A stretch of 64,000 nt of DNA from Nannocystis bainbridge (GCF_028368995.1 NZ_JAQNDL010000005.1:256001-320000); one strand, 5' to 3'. Positions 44,501 through 54,602 are shown, counted from the stretch's first letter. Numbers and translations: made by a program. Notes: a model not told the origin generated them from the letters alone.

Positions 44501-44855
44501 GCTGCCCGGCGCCTGGGACCGCAAGCAGCTCGACCAGGCGCTGCACAACCTCCTCGCCAACGCCCTCAAGTACGGCGCCGGCCGCCCGGTCGACGTGCGC
44601 GTGCACGACTGCGGGCGCGTCGTCGTGATCGAGGTCCAGGACCGCGGGATCGGCATCGCCGACGAGGACCGCCCGCGGATCTTCGACCGCTTCGAGCGCG
44701 CCGTCTCGTCGGCTCACTACGGCGGCTTCGGCCTCGGCCTCTACATCGCCCGGCGGATCGTCGAGGCCCACGGCGGCGCCCTCGAGGTCACCAGCACCCC
44801 TGGCCAGGGCTCGACCTTCCGCCTGCAGCTCCCGCGGCAGGCCGCGCAACCATGA
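41583..44855 (+). CDS. GAF plus multi-PAS sensor histidine kinase
   Basis: ATGA overlap with the upstream kinase; GAF, several HPDD/HPED PAS domains, ASHELRTPL, NALKYG, GFGLGLYI. Confidence 0.95.
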   Translation: MSGGPSDPPGAGGSSLRLIVGLARAIAQTRDDPAAVAEVATRALVHEFADGSAVTLGADLDIRAYAHRDPGAEELLRDNFGGMPLGLLPAGRVIASGRPIFHPQMPAEFAADLSPELRAFVRRYEVASVIIVPIRAEDAVVGALSLWREHGRPPFDDDDLDTAHVCAEHVGLALEHALVFRALRDREARFELAVRATQEVLWDWDVTTHEVLWGDAMDETLAWPRDQVRSTFGWWADHIHPDDRARVLAEIEVIIRDNADRERWQLEYRFCRGDGGWADIIDRGFVQRDDHGRLRRLVGAMQDVSDRVAVTRRLARREASYRAFIAACDEAIWCLEGDEPVATELPADAQIDLWYARWQIRECNDAMARLHGYERADELRGADMGLVFPRDDPRLCELHRAFIARGHRLVDFELVEPDRGGGERRSLCSLLGTVDDGRLHRVWGTRRDVTALLRQATGLTRDRPARAQTDPRAEDLPGLLRAGQLGTWSLDPGTDVPVLSRELADILGRPPEGDADPWAAVHPEDRARVRAELHAAAAARGDYAIEFRFVRADTGALGWMEVRGRASHDASGRATAIHGIGIDITRRKQVELDLRDSEQLFARAFGKNPNPMTVNAIPGGEYLEVNEAAIRAHGFSREEMLGKSPRQLGVLVDADDIDRFDRLLGQRHPVRDLEMRLRSKAGRAFSVLMSAERIEYRQRPCVLTVAVDVSARKRAEWALLESEERFRQIAATIDEAFWLMEFSPYWRFVYVSPGWEHAWRRAPEDLYGDPTLWTRAIHPDDRVAAESSQRDLVTGAVDFRDLEYRVVRPDGAVRWIRDRGTLIRDASGRPWRAAGIAEDITERKLAERERERLVSDLQVAIAVRDDFLSVASHELRTPLTALGFHLEHLVRLVARGEHDPEVLGRKVDGAIRQIGRVTALVDSLIHVSRMSLGRLSLDLTEFDLVDLVRDLVARIGPDAQRARCDVRVDVPAELPGAWDRKQLDQALHNLLANALKYGAGRPVDVRVHDCGRVVVIEVQDRGIGIADEDRPRIFDRFERAVSSAHYGGFGLGLYIARRIVEAHGGALEVTSTPGQGSTFRLQLPRQAAQP

Positions 44856-44875
44856 ACGAGGACAAGGAGGGATTG

Positions 44876-45253
44876 ATGAACCGCGCACCGATCATCCTCA
44901 TCGTCGAAGACGACCGCGACATCCGCGACGTGCTCGCCGAGATCCTCGCCGAGGAGGGCTACCAGGTCCTGGTCGCCGAGGACGGGGCCGACGGGCTGCG
45001 CCGGCTCGCCGAGGGCCCGCTGCCCGACCTCATCCTCCTCGACCTCATGATGCCGCGCATGGACGGCTACCAGTTCCGCGAGGAGCAGCGGAAGAACCCG
45101 GCCTGGAGCGGCATCCCGCTGGTCCTGCTGACCGCCGGCGTCGAGACCTCCGACAAGATCACCGCTCTCGGCGCGCTCGACATCGTGCGCAAGCCGGTGA
45201 AGATCGACTTCTTGCTCGACCTCATCGGCGCCGCCGTCCGTCGCGCCGCGTGA
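44876..45253 (+). CDS. Single-domain response regulator (CheY-like)
   Basis: ILIVEDD, LLDLMMPRMDG and KP; AGGAGG RBS. Confidence 0.95.
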   Translation: MNRAPIILIVEDDRDIRDVLAEILAEEGYQVLVAEDGADGLRRLAEGPLPDLILLDLMMPRMDGYQFREEQRKNPAWSGIPLVLLTAGVETSDKITALGALDIVRKPVKIDFLLDLIGAAVRRAA

Positions 45254-45262
45254 GCGCGGCCG

Positions 45263-46174
45263 TCACCCGCGCGGCGCGACCGGCCTGCGATCGGTCGCCA
45301 GCCAGCCGGCGCTGACCGCCAGGATCACCGCCCCGATCCACGCCAGCGGATCGACCTCCTCGTGGAACAGCCAGATCCCGGCCAGCATCGCCAGCAACAC
45401 CTGGACATAGCCCAGCGCCGTCGCTCGTCCGGCCCGCACCAAATGAAGGCCGCGGGTCATGCTCTGCTGATGAAGAAACGTGCACGCCCCGATCGCCAGG
45501 AGGATGGTCCACTCCAGCGGATCGGGCGGGACCCACGCGTGCCACGCCCACGGCGCCGCCAGGATCGACGCCACCAGCGCGTTGTAAAACACCACCCGCA
45601 CCGGGTGCTCGGTCGACCGCAGCTCGCGGATCATGACGTACACCCCGGCCGAGATGACCGCCCCGATCACCGCCACCGTCAGCGCGAACGGATCGGCGGA
45701 CGTCTCCCCCGCGCCGAACAGCGCCCGCGGCTGGGTCACCAGCACCACCCCGACGAAGCAGCCGACGATGAAGCCGGTCTCGCGGCGCTCCAGCGCCTCG
45801 CCGAGGACCACCGTCGCCAGCAGCAGCGTGAACACCGGGTGGGTGTAATGAATGACGATCGCGTCGGCGATCGGCAGGTGCATCAGCGCATAGAAGTAAC
45901 AGACCAGGGCGATGAACCCGAGCAGCCCGCGCAGCGCCAGCATCGTGCGCCGCGTGCCCCATACGGGGATGTCACCACGCGCGAGCGTCCCCCGGGCGAA
46001 AGCGACCGCCACGACGCTGCGCACCAGAATCACCTCCGGGAGCGGAATGCGCGCCCCGACGAGCTTCGCGAGCACGCTGAGTCCGCTGAACAGAATCGCG
46101 GCCGTGACGAGCAGGGTCACGCCTCGCTGCGTGCCCGCCGCCTCCGCATCCTGCGGGTTCTCGACGACACCCAC
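45263..46174 (-). CDS. DMT/EamA-family transporter
   Basis: About 10 TM helices; ADAIVIHYTHPVFT...LGE motif; start uncertain. Confidence 0.9.
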   Translation of the reverse strand: MGVVENPQDAEAAGTQRGVTLLVTAAILFSGLSVLAKLVGARIPLPEVILVRSVVAVAFARGTLARGDIPVWGTRRTMLALRGLLGFIALVCYFYALMHLPIADAIVIHYTHPVFTLLLATVVLGEALERRETGFIVGCFVGVVLVTQPRALFGAGETSADPFALTVAVIGAVISAGVYVMIRELRSTEHPVRVVFYNALVASILAAPWAWHAWVPPDPLEWTILLAIGACTFLHQQSMTRGLHLVRAGRATALGYVQVLLAMLAGIWLFHEEVDPLAWIGAVILAVSAGWLATDRRPVAPRG

Positions 46175-46296
46175 GCGACCGAAACTGTACCATGACGACA
46201 CGACGTTCGCATGAGCTTCGCAGTCCACCGCGCCTCCGAGGGCACCGCGATCGGCGGTGACGTCGCGGGCGTCGCCGCCGGCCCGGAGCGCGCGGC

Positions 46297-47943
46297 TTGA
46301 GTCGATCGAGCCTCGCCATCGACCCCGCGAATCGGCACCTCATCGAGCTGTTGTCGGGCATCTCCTCGGGCCTCGCCTCGGTCAACGACCTCGGCAGCTT
46401 CGCGCAGGAGATCGGGCGCGCGCTCGATCAGCTGTGCGACGCCGAGTACATCGCGCTGTACCTGTGGGACTTCGATGCGCGGCGGCTGCGGACCTTCGCC
46501 GGCCGCGGGTTCTCGCCGGCCGAGGTCGCCGAGGCCGAGCGCACCGCGTGGGACCGCCACCCCGGCAGCGTCTTCCGCGAGCCGCGGCTGCTGCACGTGC
46601 CCGACGTCTTGCTCGACCAGGACCAGCAGACCCAGAACAGCGCCCGCAGCTTCGTCGTGCGCGCGCGCCTGTTCATGCCGGTGATGTGCCGCGACGAGGT
46701 GCTCGGCGTGATCGGCCTCGCCTCCGGCACGCCCAACCGCTTCACCGACGGCGACATCGCCGTGCTCGGCTTCATCAGCAAGCTCACCGGCGTCGTCTAC
46801 CGCCAGCTGCTCGATCGCACCCAGCGGCAGCGCGCCGAGAGCTCGCTCGCCACCACCGCGCGGCGCCTCCAGCTCGTCGTCGACGCGCTCCCGATCGCCC
46901 TCCTCAGCCTCGATCCTGGCTCGCGCCGGATCTCCCTCGCCGAGGGCGCCGGCCTGCGTCAGCTCGGCCTCGACCCCGCAGCTTGCCTCGGCGCCGTCGC
47001 CGACCACGCCCTCGCCGGCTTCCCCGGCCTCCGCGACGCCGTCCAGCGGGCCGCCGTCGGCGACGCCATGGCCGAGCAGCTCGCCATGGGCGAGCGCGTC
47101 ATCTCGTTCCAGTCGGCCCCTCACCGCGGCGGCGAGCTGACCGTCCTGCTGTTCGACATCACCGACCTGCGGCGCGCCCTCGACGAGCTCACCCTCGCCA
47201 ACAGCGACCTCGAGCAGGCGCGCGACCAGGCGCTCGAGGCCACGCGGGCCAAGAGCTCGTTCCTCGCGGCGATGAGCCACGAGCTGCGCACCCCGCTCAA
47301 CGCCATCATCGGCTACACCGAACTGCTGCTCGAGGAGCACGCCGAGCTCGCCTCGCCCGGGTTCGCCGCCGACCTCGAGCGCGTCGCCTCGTCGGCGAGG
47401 CACCTGCTCGGCCTCATCAGCGACGTGCTCGACCTCTCGAAGATCGAGGCCGGCAAGTTCGCCCTCCACCCCGAGGACATCGACCTCGGCGCCCTGCTCG
47501 GCAGCATCGACGCCGCCTGTCGCCCCGGCCAGCAGCGCCGCGGCAACCGCTTCGTCCTCGACGTCCCCGAGCCGCTGCCGGCCCTGCACGCCGACGCCAC
47601 CGCCGTGCGCGGGATCCTCATCAACCTCCTCGGCAACGCCCACAAGTTCACCCAGCACGGCACCGTCACCCTGCGGATCCGCGAACACACCGAGGCCGGC
47701 GCCCGCCGGATCGTGTTCGTCGTCGAGGACACCGGCATCGGCATGAGCGAGCCGCAGCTGCGCCGGATCTTCGACAACTTCACCCAGGCCGACGCCTCGA
47801 TCTCCCGCCGCTTCGGCGGCACCGGCCTCGGCCTCGCCATCTCCCTCAACTTCGTCCAGCTGATGGGCGGCGACATCTCCGTCACCAGCGCCCCCGGCGT
47901 CGGCTCGGCCTTCACGTTCTGGCTGCCAGCCGGTAAGTCATAA
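46297..47943 (+). CDS. GAF-domain sensor histidine kinase
   Basis: FLAAMSHELRTPLNAIIG, NLLGNAHKFT, DTGIG, GGTGLGLAI. Confidence 0.95.
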   Translation: MSRSSLAIDPANRHLIELLSGISSGLASVNDLGSFAQEIGRALDQLCDAEYIALYLWDFDARRLRTFAGRGFSPAEVAEAERTAWDRHPGSVFREPRLLHVPDVLLDQDQQTQNSARSFVVRARLFMPVMCRDEVLGVIGLASGTPNRFTDGDIAVLGFISKLTGVVYRQLLDRTQRQRAESSLATTARRLQLVVDALPIALLSLDPGSRRISLAEGAGLRQLGLDPAACLGAVADHALAGFPGLRDAVQRAAVGDAMAEQLAMGERVISFQSAPHRGGELTVLLFDITDLRRALDELTLANSDLEQARDQALEATRAKSSFLAAMSHELRTPLNAIIGYTELLLEEHAELASPGFAADLERVASSARHLLGLISDVLDLSKIEAGKFALHPEDIDLGALLGSIDAACRPGQQRRGNRFVLDVPEPLPALHADATAVRGILINLLGNAHKFTQHGTVTLRIREHTEAGARRIVFVVEDTGIGMSEPQLRRIFDNFTQADASISRRFGGTGLGLAISLNFVQLMGGDISVTSAPGVGSAFTFWLPAGKS

Positions 47944-47949
47944 AAGACT

Positions 47950-48125
47950 GGACTTGCCCCATCGGGCATGTCCCATGGTGCATGTCTTGGAGAGCATGTC
48001 GCTCCGAACATGCTCTAGAGCGCATGTCCCCGGGGACATGCGCTCTATCCGGCTCCGACCCTTCGACGCCATCGGCCCACACTCGTGCGACAAGCGCCTT
48101 CGAGCATGCCTTTAAAAGCATGCTC
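47950..48125. repeat. 14-bp lattice (7 nodes plus a 2-node satellite) between convergent genes
   Basis: Nodes at 47953 (CTTG), 47967, 47981, 47995, 48009, 48023 and 48037; then 48105 and 48119. Confidence 0.92.
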
Positions 48126-48136
48126 TTAGGGGCAGC

Positions 48137-48463
48137 TTACTTCGAGGGCCCTGCCGGCAGCGCCGTCGGCTCGGCCAGCGCCGCCGCCAGCGCTCGCTTG
48201 CGCAGCTCGGCGCGGATGTGGCGCTCGACCAGCCCGCTCACCAGCGTCGGCCACACCAGCGACGCCGCCATCAGCGACCACACCGACCACTGCAGCTTCA
48301 CCATCAAGAAGAACAGCAGCGGCGTGAGCGGCAGCGAGATCGCCACGATCAGCGGGCGAAGCAGGAGCTGCCGCTCCGCATCGTTCCAGAACCACCACGT
48401 CGGCAGGAACCCGAGGCGCTGGGGCCGATCCGTCAGGGCGCGGCGGGCAGGGAGCTCGGACAT
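48137..48463 (-). CDS. Small 2-TM membrane protein
   Basis: Two hydrophobic segments, host codon usage. Confidence 0.7.
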   Translation of the reverse strand: MSELPARRALTDRPQRLGFLPTWWFWNDAERQLLLRPLIVAISLPLTPLLFFLMVKLQWSVWSLMAASLVWPTLVSGLVERHIRAELRKRALAAALAEPTALPAGPSK

Positions 48464-48683
48464 GGGCAGGCCGCTCGAGGTCTAGCACGTGCCGCGGACG
48501 GCTGAGGCCGCAGCCGGCGAGCGATCTGCGCCGCCCGCTTCGTCCCGCCCCGGCGCCACCCCGCGAGCTCCGCGTCGTCACCGCGCGTCGTACATGCGCG
48601 AGGTCTCCGTTTGCACCCCTTGCGAGCGTTGCTCAAGGTCTCGACGCGACCACCCGCGCGGTGGTGGCGACAAGGAGTCGACC

Positions 48684-49160
48684 ATGAATTTCGCACCGCA
48701 GAAGCAACACCAGTGGCTGCAGCAGCTCATCGGCGAGTGGACCTACGAGACCGACCCCTCGGTCGACCCCGGCCCGGGCGGAGCCAGCCGCGGCCGCGAG
48801 ACCGTGCGCGCGCTCGGGGACCTGTGGATCGTCGCCGAGGGCAGCGGCGATCAGCCCGGCAGCAGCCCCGGCGCCTCGCTGATGACCCTCGGCTACGACG
48901 CGCAGAAGGAGCGCTTCGTCGGCACCTGGGTCGGCGCGACGATGCCTCACCTGTGGGTCTACGAGGGCTCGCTCGACGCCAGCGGCCGGCTGCTCAACCT
49001 CGACAGCGAGGGCCCGGCGATGTCGGGCCAGGGCCTCGGGAAGTACCGCGACGTCATCGAGCTCGTCAGCCCGGACCACCGGATCTTCTCGGGCAACGCG
49101 CTGCGGCCCGACGGCTCGTGGCAGCCGCTCATGCGCACGCACTACCACCGCGTCCGCTAG
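48684..49160 (+). CDS. DUF1579-family protein
   Basis: PQKQHQWLQQLIGEW...MTLGYDAQKERFVGTW; AAGGAG RBS. Confidence 0.88.
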   Translation: MNFAPQKQHQWLQQLIGEWTYETDPSVDPGPGGASRGRETVRALGDLWIVAEGSGDQPGSSPGASLMTLGYDAQKERFVGTWVGATMPHLWVYEGSLDASGRLLNLDSEGPAMSGQGLGKYRDVIELVSPDHRIFSGNALRPDGSWQPLMRTHYHRVR

Positions 49161-49211
49161 CCTCGCGCCTGCGGCCTCGCGCGGCCGGCATCGCGCGCTC
49201 GTGCCGGGGAG

Positions 49212-49288
49212 CGACATGCTTCTCGGGACATGCCTCATCGGGCATGTCCTCATGCGCATGACCACACGGGCATGTCCAAACGGACACC
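49212..49288. repeat. 14-bp lattice (6 nodes)
   Basis: CATG at 49215, 49229, 49243, 49257 and 49271; CACC at 49285. Confidence 0.92.
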
Positions 49289-49447
49289 TCGTGGGCGCGC
49301 GCCCCCGTGTCGCCGCGCACCTGTTGGTCCGCCGGCCCCCAGCACCCGGGCAGCCCCGAGTCCGGGTGCTCGCACGTGCGCGCGTGCGGGGAAACTCTCG
49401 ACCTCGCCCTGCAATTTCTGGCCGCCGATCGGCGACTACGACGGCCC

Positions 49448-50038
49448 ATGAAGCGCTCCACCTTCGCCCGCACAGCACCCTGCCTGACCCTCGTCCTCGC
49501 GCTCGCCTGCCAGCCCGACGCTGCCGACAGCACCACCGACGGCGCCAGCGACTCCACCACGCTCGCCACCACGGGCACCGACACCGACGCCCCGACCACG
49601 ACCGAGACCACCAGCGACGAGGCCCAGCCGGCGCCGTGCGACGGCATCCCGCCCGCGCTAGCGAGCGGCGGCGCCGTCGCCGTCGCGGTGATGGACGCGC
49701 CGGACGAGATCAGCGTCCAGCTCAGCGACGACGCGATCACCTGCGCCGAGAACGAGCCGACCCTGACCTGCAAGGGCGACTGGTTCCTGCGCATCAACCT
49801 CCCGCTGGCGGTGCAGACGCCAGGGAACTACGCGCTGAGCGATCTTTCGACCCTCGCGCTCACGGGCGTCGAGGAGTGCAACAGCTCGACCGGCGGCAAC
49901 CTCAAGGGCACGCTGCAGATCGTCTCCGTCGACGAGGTCGAGGTCACGGCCCGGCTGTGCAACCTCGAGGGCGCGTGGGCCGACGCCAACCCGACCGTCG
50001 CCGCCGACTTCAGCTTCGTCGCCCCGCGCTGCCCGTGA
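49448..50038 (+). CDS. Lipoprotein with Thr-rich linker
   Basis: Lipobox ALAC; Cys-containing beta-rich C-terminus. Confidence 0.78.
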   Translation: MKRSTFARTAPCLTLVLALACQPDAADSTTDGASDSTTLATTGTDTDAPTTTETTSDEAQPAPCDGIPPALASGGAVAVAVMDAPDEISVQLSDDAITCAENEPTLTCKGDWFLRINLPLAVQTPGNYALSDLSTLALTGVEECNSSTGGNLKGTLQIVSVDEVEVTARLCNLEGAWADANPTVAADFSFVAPRCP

Positions 50039-50100
50039 GCGACGGCGGCGGCGCAGGGCGGCGAGGCGCAGCCCCGGCCGCCCTGATAGGCTGACGCAGC

Positions 50101-50805
50101 ATGCCTCCCCGGACGCTCGTGAAGGCCGACCCGCTCGCCGTCGCGGTGACGCGGGCCATCCAGCGCGGCGAGGTCGCCGAGCTGGGGCGGCTGCTCCGCG
50201 ACCACCCCGACCTGGCCACCGCGCAGATCGTCGACGACGACGGCAGCGCCCGCACGCTCCTGCACGTCGCCACCGACTGGCCCGGGCAGTTCCCGGCCGG
50301 CGTCGCGACCGTCCGGGCCCTCGTCGCCGCGGGCGCCGTGATCGACGCCCCGTTCGTCGGCCCGCACCGCGAGACGCCCCTGCACTGGGCCGCCAGCGCC
50401 GACGACATCGCGGTGCTCGACGCGCTGCTCGACGCCGGCGCCGACATCGAGGCGCCGGGCTCCGTCATCGCCGGCGGCACCGCCCTCGCCGACGCGGTGG
50501 CGTTCGGCCAGTGGCGGGCCGCGCGACGGCTGGTCGAGCGCGGCGCCCGGGCCACGCTGTGGCAAGCCGCCGCGCTGGGCCTGACGGCGCAGCTCGAGGC
50601 GGCGCTGGCCGCCTCACCGCCGCGTGAGGCGATCACGAACGCGCTGTGGTGCGCCTGTCACGGCGGCCAGCGACAGACGGCCGAGCTGCTGCTCGCGCAC
50701 GGCGGCGACCCCGAGTGGGTCGGCCACGACGGCCTGACCCCGGCAGCGGCGGCCCGGCGCAGCGGCGCCCACGAGCTCGCGGCCTGGCTGCAGGCGCGCG
50801 ACTGA
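50101..50805 (+). CDS. Ankyrin-repeat protein
   Basis: RTLLHVATDWPG, ETPLHWAAS...LLDAGADI, GLTP. Confidence 0.92.
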   Translation: MPPRTLVKADPLAVAVTRAIQRGEVAELGRLLRDHPDLATAQIVDDDGSARTLLHVATDWPGQFPAGVATVRALVAAGAVIDAPFVGPHRETPLHWAASADDIAVLDALLDAGADIEAPGSVIAGGTALADAVAFGQWRAARRLVERGARATLWQAAALGLTAQLEAALAASPPREAITNALWCACHGGQRQTAELLLAHGGDPEWVGHDGLTPAAAARRSGAHELAAWLQARD

Positions 50806-50807
50806 TC

Positions 50808-50884
50808 GCGCATGCCCTTCAGGACATGTCCGTTCGCGCATGCTCATGAGGACATGCTCCATCGAGCATGTCCCCATGGACATC
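50808..50884. repeat. 14-bp lattice (6 nodes) filling a convergent intergenic gap
   Basis: CATG at 50811, 50825, 50839, 50853 and 50867; CATC at 50881. Confidence 0.92.
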
Positions 50885-50889
50885 CCGCC

Positions 50890-52722
50890 TCACCCGAGCG
50901 CGCGCTCGAGGTTGAACGCCGCGCTGATCAGCGACAGGTGCGTGAACGCCTGCGGGAAGTTGCCGAGCGCCTCGCCGTGCTCGCCGGTCTCCTCCGAATA
51001 CAGCCCCAGGTGGTTGCCGTAGCCGATCATGCGCTCGAACAGCAGGCGCGCCTCGTCGAGCAGCTTCGGGTGGGCGCGGCCGGCCCGGGTCAGCGCCTCG
51101 ACCAGCCAGAACGAGCACATGTTGAACGTGCCCTCCTTGCCGGGCAGGCCGTCGGGCAGCTGGTCCGGGTGGTAGCGGTAGACCAGGCCGTCGGACACCA
51201 GCCCGCCCTGGTTCGGCGGGCGCTGGATCGCCTCGAGCGTCTTCAGCATGCGCGGGTCGTCGGGCCCGAGGAAGAACACCAGCGGCATCAGCAGCGCCGA
51301 CGCGTCGAGCGAGCGCTCGTCGTACGCGGCCACGAACGACTGCTCCTCGTCGCTCCAGCCGCGGGTGAAGATCGCCTCGTAGATGTCGTCGCGGGCGCGG
51401 AGCCAGCGCTCGCGCGGGGCCGGGAACGAGCGCTTGTCGGCCAGGCGCAGCGCCCGGTCGAGCGCGACCCAGCACATCACCTTGGAGTTGAGGTTGTGGC
51501 GCATGCCGCTGCGCGGCTCCCAGATCCCGTGGTCGGGCCGGTGCCAGCTCTCGCCGACAAAGTCGACGATCCGGCGCAGGTGCATCCACGCGTCGTAGGA
51601 GATCGGGCGGCTGTGCTTGTTCGAGAGGTAGACCGCGTCGAGCAGCTCGCCGTAGATGTCGAGCTGGAACTGGCTGTGCGCCGCGTTGCCGACCCGCACC
51701 GGCTTGGCGCCGCGATAGCCGGCCAGGTGCGGCAGCTCGTACTCCTCGATGCAGGTGTCGCCCTCGACCGTGTAGAGCAGCCGCAGCGGCGACCCGTCCT
51801 CGCCGGGCGGCTCGTGGTAGCGGCGGTCGAGCCAGCCCATGAACGCGTCGGCCTCCTGCGTGAAGCCGATGCGCAAGAACCCGTACAGCGTGAACGCGGC
51901 GTCGCGCATCCACGTGTAGCGGTAGTCCCAGTTGCGCACGCCGCCGGGCGTCTCGGGCAGGCCGAGGGTCGGCGCCGCGACGATCGCCCCGGTCGGCTCG
52001 TAGGTCAGCAGCTTGAGCGTCAGCGCCGAGCGGTGCACCGTCTCGCGCCAGCGCCCGCGGTACGAGCAGCGCGACAGCCAGCGCCGCCAGTAGTCGACGG
52101 TCCAGCGGAACAGGGTCTCCGACTCGTCGGGATCGGGCCCACGCGGGCAGTGGCTGTTGCCGCCGCCGCGGAACACGAACACCGCGTGCTCGCCCTGGCG
52201 CAGGACGAAGCGGGCGTGCACGCCGCCCCGCTCGCCGCGCGTCAGCGGCACGCTCGACGACAGCGACATCGTCACGTCGGGCGCTTGGAACACCGCCCCG
52301 AACTCGGTGAGCTCGACCTCGTGCGACGCGCGCGCGTAGTCGAAGGCCGGGCGGCAGTCGGCGCGCAGGCTCACCTCGCCGCGGACCGCCCGCACGCGGC
52401 GCACGATCTGGTGGTGCCAGCCGTGATCGAGCTCGTCCCCGACCGGCATGAAGTCCTCGATCTCCACCACCCCGCCCTCGCAGAAGAACCGCGTGACGAG
52501 GATGTTGGTGTCGGGCCAGTAGAACTGCTTGCTCGGGGCCGCCTGGTCCTCAGCGCTGATGCGGAACTCGCCGCCCTTCTCGTCGTCGAGCAGCGACGCG
52601 AACACGCTGGGCGAGTCGAACCGCGGGTGACAGAACCAGTCGATCGCGCCGTTGGTGCCGACCAGCGCGATGGTCCGCATGTTGCCGATGATGCCGTGAT
52701 CGTGGATGGGCAGATATGCCAT
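50890..52722 (-). CDS. Glycoside hydrolase family 15 (trehalase/glucoamylase-like)
   Basis: [41 protein letters not shown]. Confidence 0.95.
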   Translation of the reverse strand: MAYLPIHDHGIIGNMRTIALVGTNGAIDWFCHPRFDSPSVFASLLDDEKGGEFRISAEDQAAPSKQFYWPDTNILVTRFFCEGGVVEIEDFMPVGDELDHGWHHQIVRRVRAVRGEVSLRADCRPAFDYARASHEVELTEFGAVFQAPDVTMSLSSSVPLTRGERGGVHARFVLRQGEHAVFVFRGGGNSHCPRGPDPDESETLFRWTVDYWRRWLSRCSYRGRWRETVHRSALTLKLLTYEPTGAIVAAPTLGLPETPGGVRNWDYRYTWMRDAAFTLYGFLRIGFTQEADAFMGWLDRRYHEPPGEDGSPLRLLYTVEGDTCIEEYELPHLAGYRGAKPVRVGNAAHSQFQLDIYGELLDAVYLSNKHSRPISYDAWMHLRRIVDFVGESWHRPDHGIWEPRSGMRHNLNSKVMCWVALDRALRLADKRSFPAPRERWLRARDDIYEAIFTRGWSDEEQSFVAAYDERSLDASALLMPLVFFLGPDDPRMLKTLEAIQRPPNQGGLVSDGLVYRYHPDQLPDGLPGKEGTFNMCSFWLVEALTRAGRAHPKLLDEARLLFERMIGYGNHLGLYSEETGEHGEALGNFPQAFTHLSLISAAFNLERALG

Positions 52723-52729
52723 CGCCTCA

Positions 52730-53494
52730 CTACTCCTCGTGGAACCACGTCATCCCGCCGTCGACGAAGTACGTCGAGCCGGTCACGTAGGCCGCGTCCT
52801 CCGACGCCAGAAACGCCGCGATCCCGGCGACGTCGGCCGGTTGGCCGATGCGCTTCAACGGGATCCGCGTCAGCAGCTCCTCGCGCTTGCGCCGGTCGTC
52901 GACCACGTCGCGGTTGATGTCGGTGCGGATGGCGCCCGGGGCGATCGCGTTGACGGTGATCCCGCGCGGGCCGAGCTCGGCCGCGAGGTCGCGCGTCAGC
53001 ATGCGGACCCCGCCCTTGGCCGCGCAGTAGGCGGCGTGGCCGGGGAACGCCAGCTCCTCGTGGACCGAGCTGACGTTGATGACCTTGCCCGCCCGCTCGC
53101 CGGCGAGCCACCGCCGCACCACCGCCTGCGTGGTGAAGAAGGTGCCCTTGAGGTTGGTGTCGATCACCTTGTCGTAGTCGGCCTCGGTCACCTCGACGAA
53201 CGGCGCCCGCACCTCGACGCCGGCGTTGTTGACGAGGATGTCGATCGATCCCAGCGCCTGCCACGCATCGGCGACCAGCGTCTCGCACTCGCCGGTGCGC
53301 CCGACGTCGGCCTGCACCACCACCGCGCGCCGCCCCTCGCCGCGGACCAGGCGCGCGACCTCCTCGGCCGCCTCGCGGCTGCCGTTGTAGTTGACCGCGA
53401 CGTCGGCGCCCTCGCGCGCGAAGCGGAGGGCGATCTCGCGGCCGATGCCGCGGCTGGAGCCCGTGATCAGGGCCGTCTTCCCATTCAGGCGCAT
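52730..53494 (-). CDS. Glucose 1-dehydrogenase-like SDR
   Basis: [39 protein letters not shown]. Confidence 0.85.
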   Translation of the reverse strand: MRLNGKTALITGSSRGIGREIALRFAREGADVAVNYNGSREAAEEVARLVRGEGRRAVVVQADVGRTGECETLVADAWQALGSIDILVNNAGVEVRAPFVEVTEADYDKVIDTNLKGTFFTTQAVVRRWLAGERAGKVINVSSVHEELAFPGHAAYCAAKGGVRMLTRDLAAELGPRGITVNAIAPGAIRTDINRDVVDDRRKREELLTRIPLKRIGQPADVAGIAAFLASEDAAYVTGSTYFVDGGMTWFHEE

Positions 53495-53658
53495 GCGTCC
53501 TCCCATGCCCACGTCACGAGGCCATCCGTCGCAGCTCGCCGGCGGCGAGCGACGGGCGGTGCTTGCTCGCGCGTGCGCATCTCTCGAGGTGTGACGCACG
53601 CCGGCCCCACGAGCACGGCCTCGCGGCCGCATCGGTCGCCGCCGCGGGCCTCCACGCC

Positions 53659-54005
53659 GGCTCAGGCGGCCACGCGCGGCCGAACTTCGCGGCCCGCGGT
53701 GTTGACGCGACCGCACGCGCCCCTCGGCGCCCGCGGCTCGCGGAGTTGACGCGGCCGCCCCCACTGGCTCAGGCGACCTCGCGCGACCGATCCACGCGGT
53801 GTCGACGCGAGCCCACGCGACCCGCGGCTCGCGGAGTGGCCGCCCACGCGGGCTCAGGCGGCCATGCGCGGCCGCGATGTCGAAACAACCGCTCGAGACC
53901 GCGGCTCCCGGAGTGGCCGCCACGCGGGCTCAGGCGGCCACGCGCGGCCGCGGTGTCGACGCGAGCGCACCCGGCCCGCGGCTCGTGGTTGACGCGGCCG
54001 CCCCG
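53659..54005. repeat. Degenerate 76-107-bp tandem repeat (4 units)
   Basis: GGCTCAGGCG at 53659, 53766, 53851 and 53927, each followed by CGCG(G/A)TGTYGA... and CCGCGGCTC. Confidence 0.8.
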
Positions 54006-54026
54006 GTGCGCTTGGCTCACCGCGTG

Positions 54027-54503
54027 GTGATCGTCGTCATGGGCGTCTCCGGGGCCGGCAAGACCACCATCGGCCTGCGCCTCGCCGCCGCTCTCGGCGC
54101 GCGCTTCGTCGACGCCGACGATTTTCACCCGCCGGAGAGCCGGGCCAAGATGGCCGCCGGCGTCCCGCTCGACGACGCCGACCGCGCCCCGTGGCTGCAC
54201 ACGCTGTCGGCCGAGATCGACGGCTGGCTGCATCACGAAGGCGCCGTCGTGCTCGCCTGCTCCGCCCTGCGCGCCGTCCACCGCGCCGCGCTGCGCCGCG
54301 ACCCGTCCCACGTCGTGTTCGTGTACCTGCAGATCACCCCCGCCGTCGCCCGCGCCCGCCTGCTCGCCCGCCGCGACCACTACTTCAAGGCCGACCTGCT
54401 CGAGAGCCAGCTCGCGACCCTCGAGGAGCCCGACGACGCCGTCACCGTCGACGCCGACCAACCCGTCGAGGCGATCGTGGCCGACATCGTCGCCGGCCTG
54501 TGA
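54027..54503 (+). CDS. gntK: Gluconokinase (GntK/IdnK type)
   Basis: VMGVSGAGKTT, DADDFHP, PLDDADRAPWL, ACSAL, SQLATLEEP. Confidence 0.93.
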   Translation: MIVVMGVSGAGKTTIGLRLAAALGARFVDADDFHPPESRAKMAAGVPLDDADRAPWLHTLSAEIDGWLHHEGAVVLACSALRAVHRAALRRDPSHVVFVYLQITPAVARARLLARRDHYFKADLLESQLATLEEPDDAVTVDADQPVEAIVADIVAGL

Positions 54504-54536
54504 CAGGCTCAGAAGCGGCCATCGTCGCGCGGCGCA

Positions 54537-54602
54537 CCGCATGTCCTCGCGAACATGTCCTCCTGGACATGGACATCGGGACCTGCTCGCTCGAACATGT
54601 CC
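54537..54602. repeat. 14-bp lattice (5 nodes) between convergent genes
   Basis: Nodes at 54540, 54554, 54568, 54582 (CCTG) and 54596. Confidence 0.9.

Noticed and set aside
50822-50831. GGACATGTCC equals the p53 half-site RRRCWWGYYY
   Set aside because: The context is entirely bacterial; the decamer is simply the junction of two abutting palindromes, so the match is treated as coincidence.
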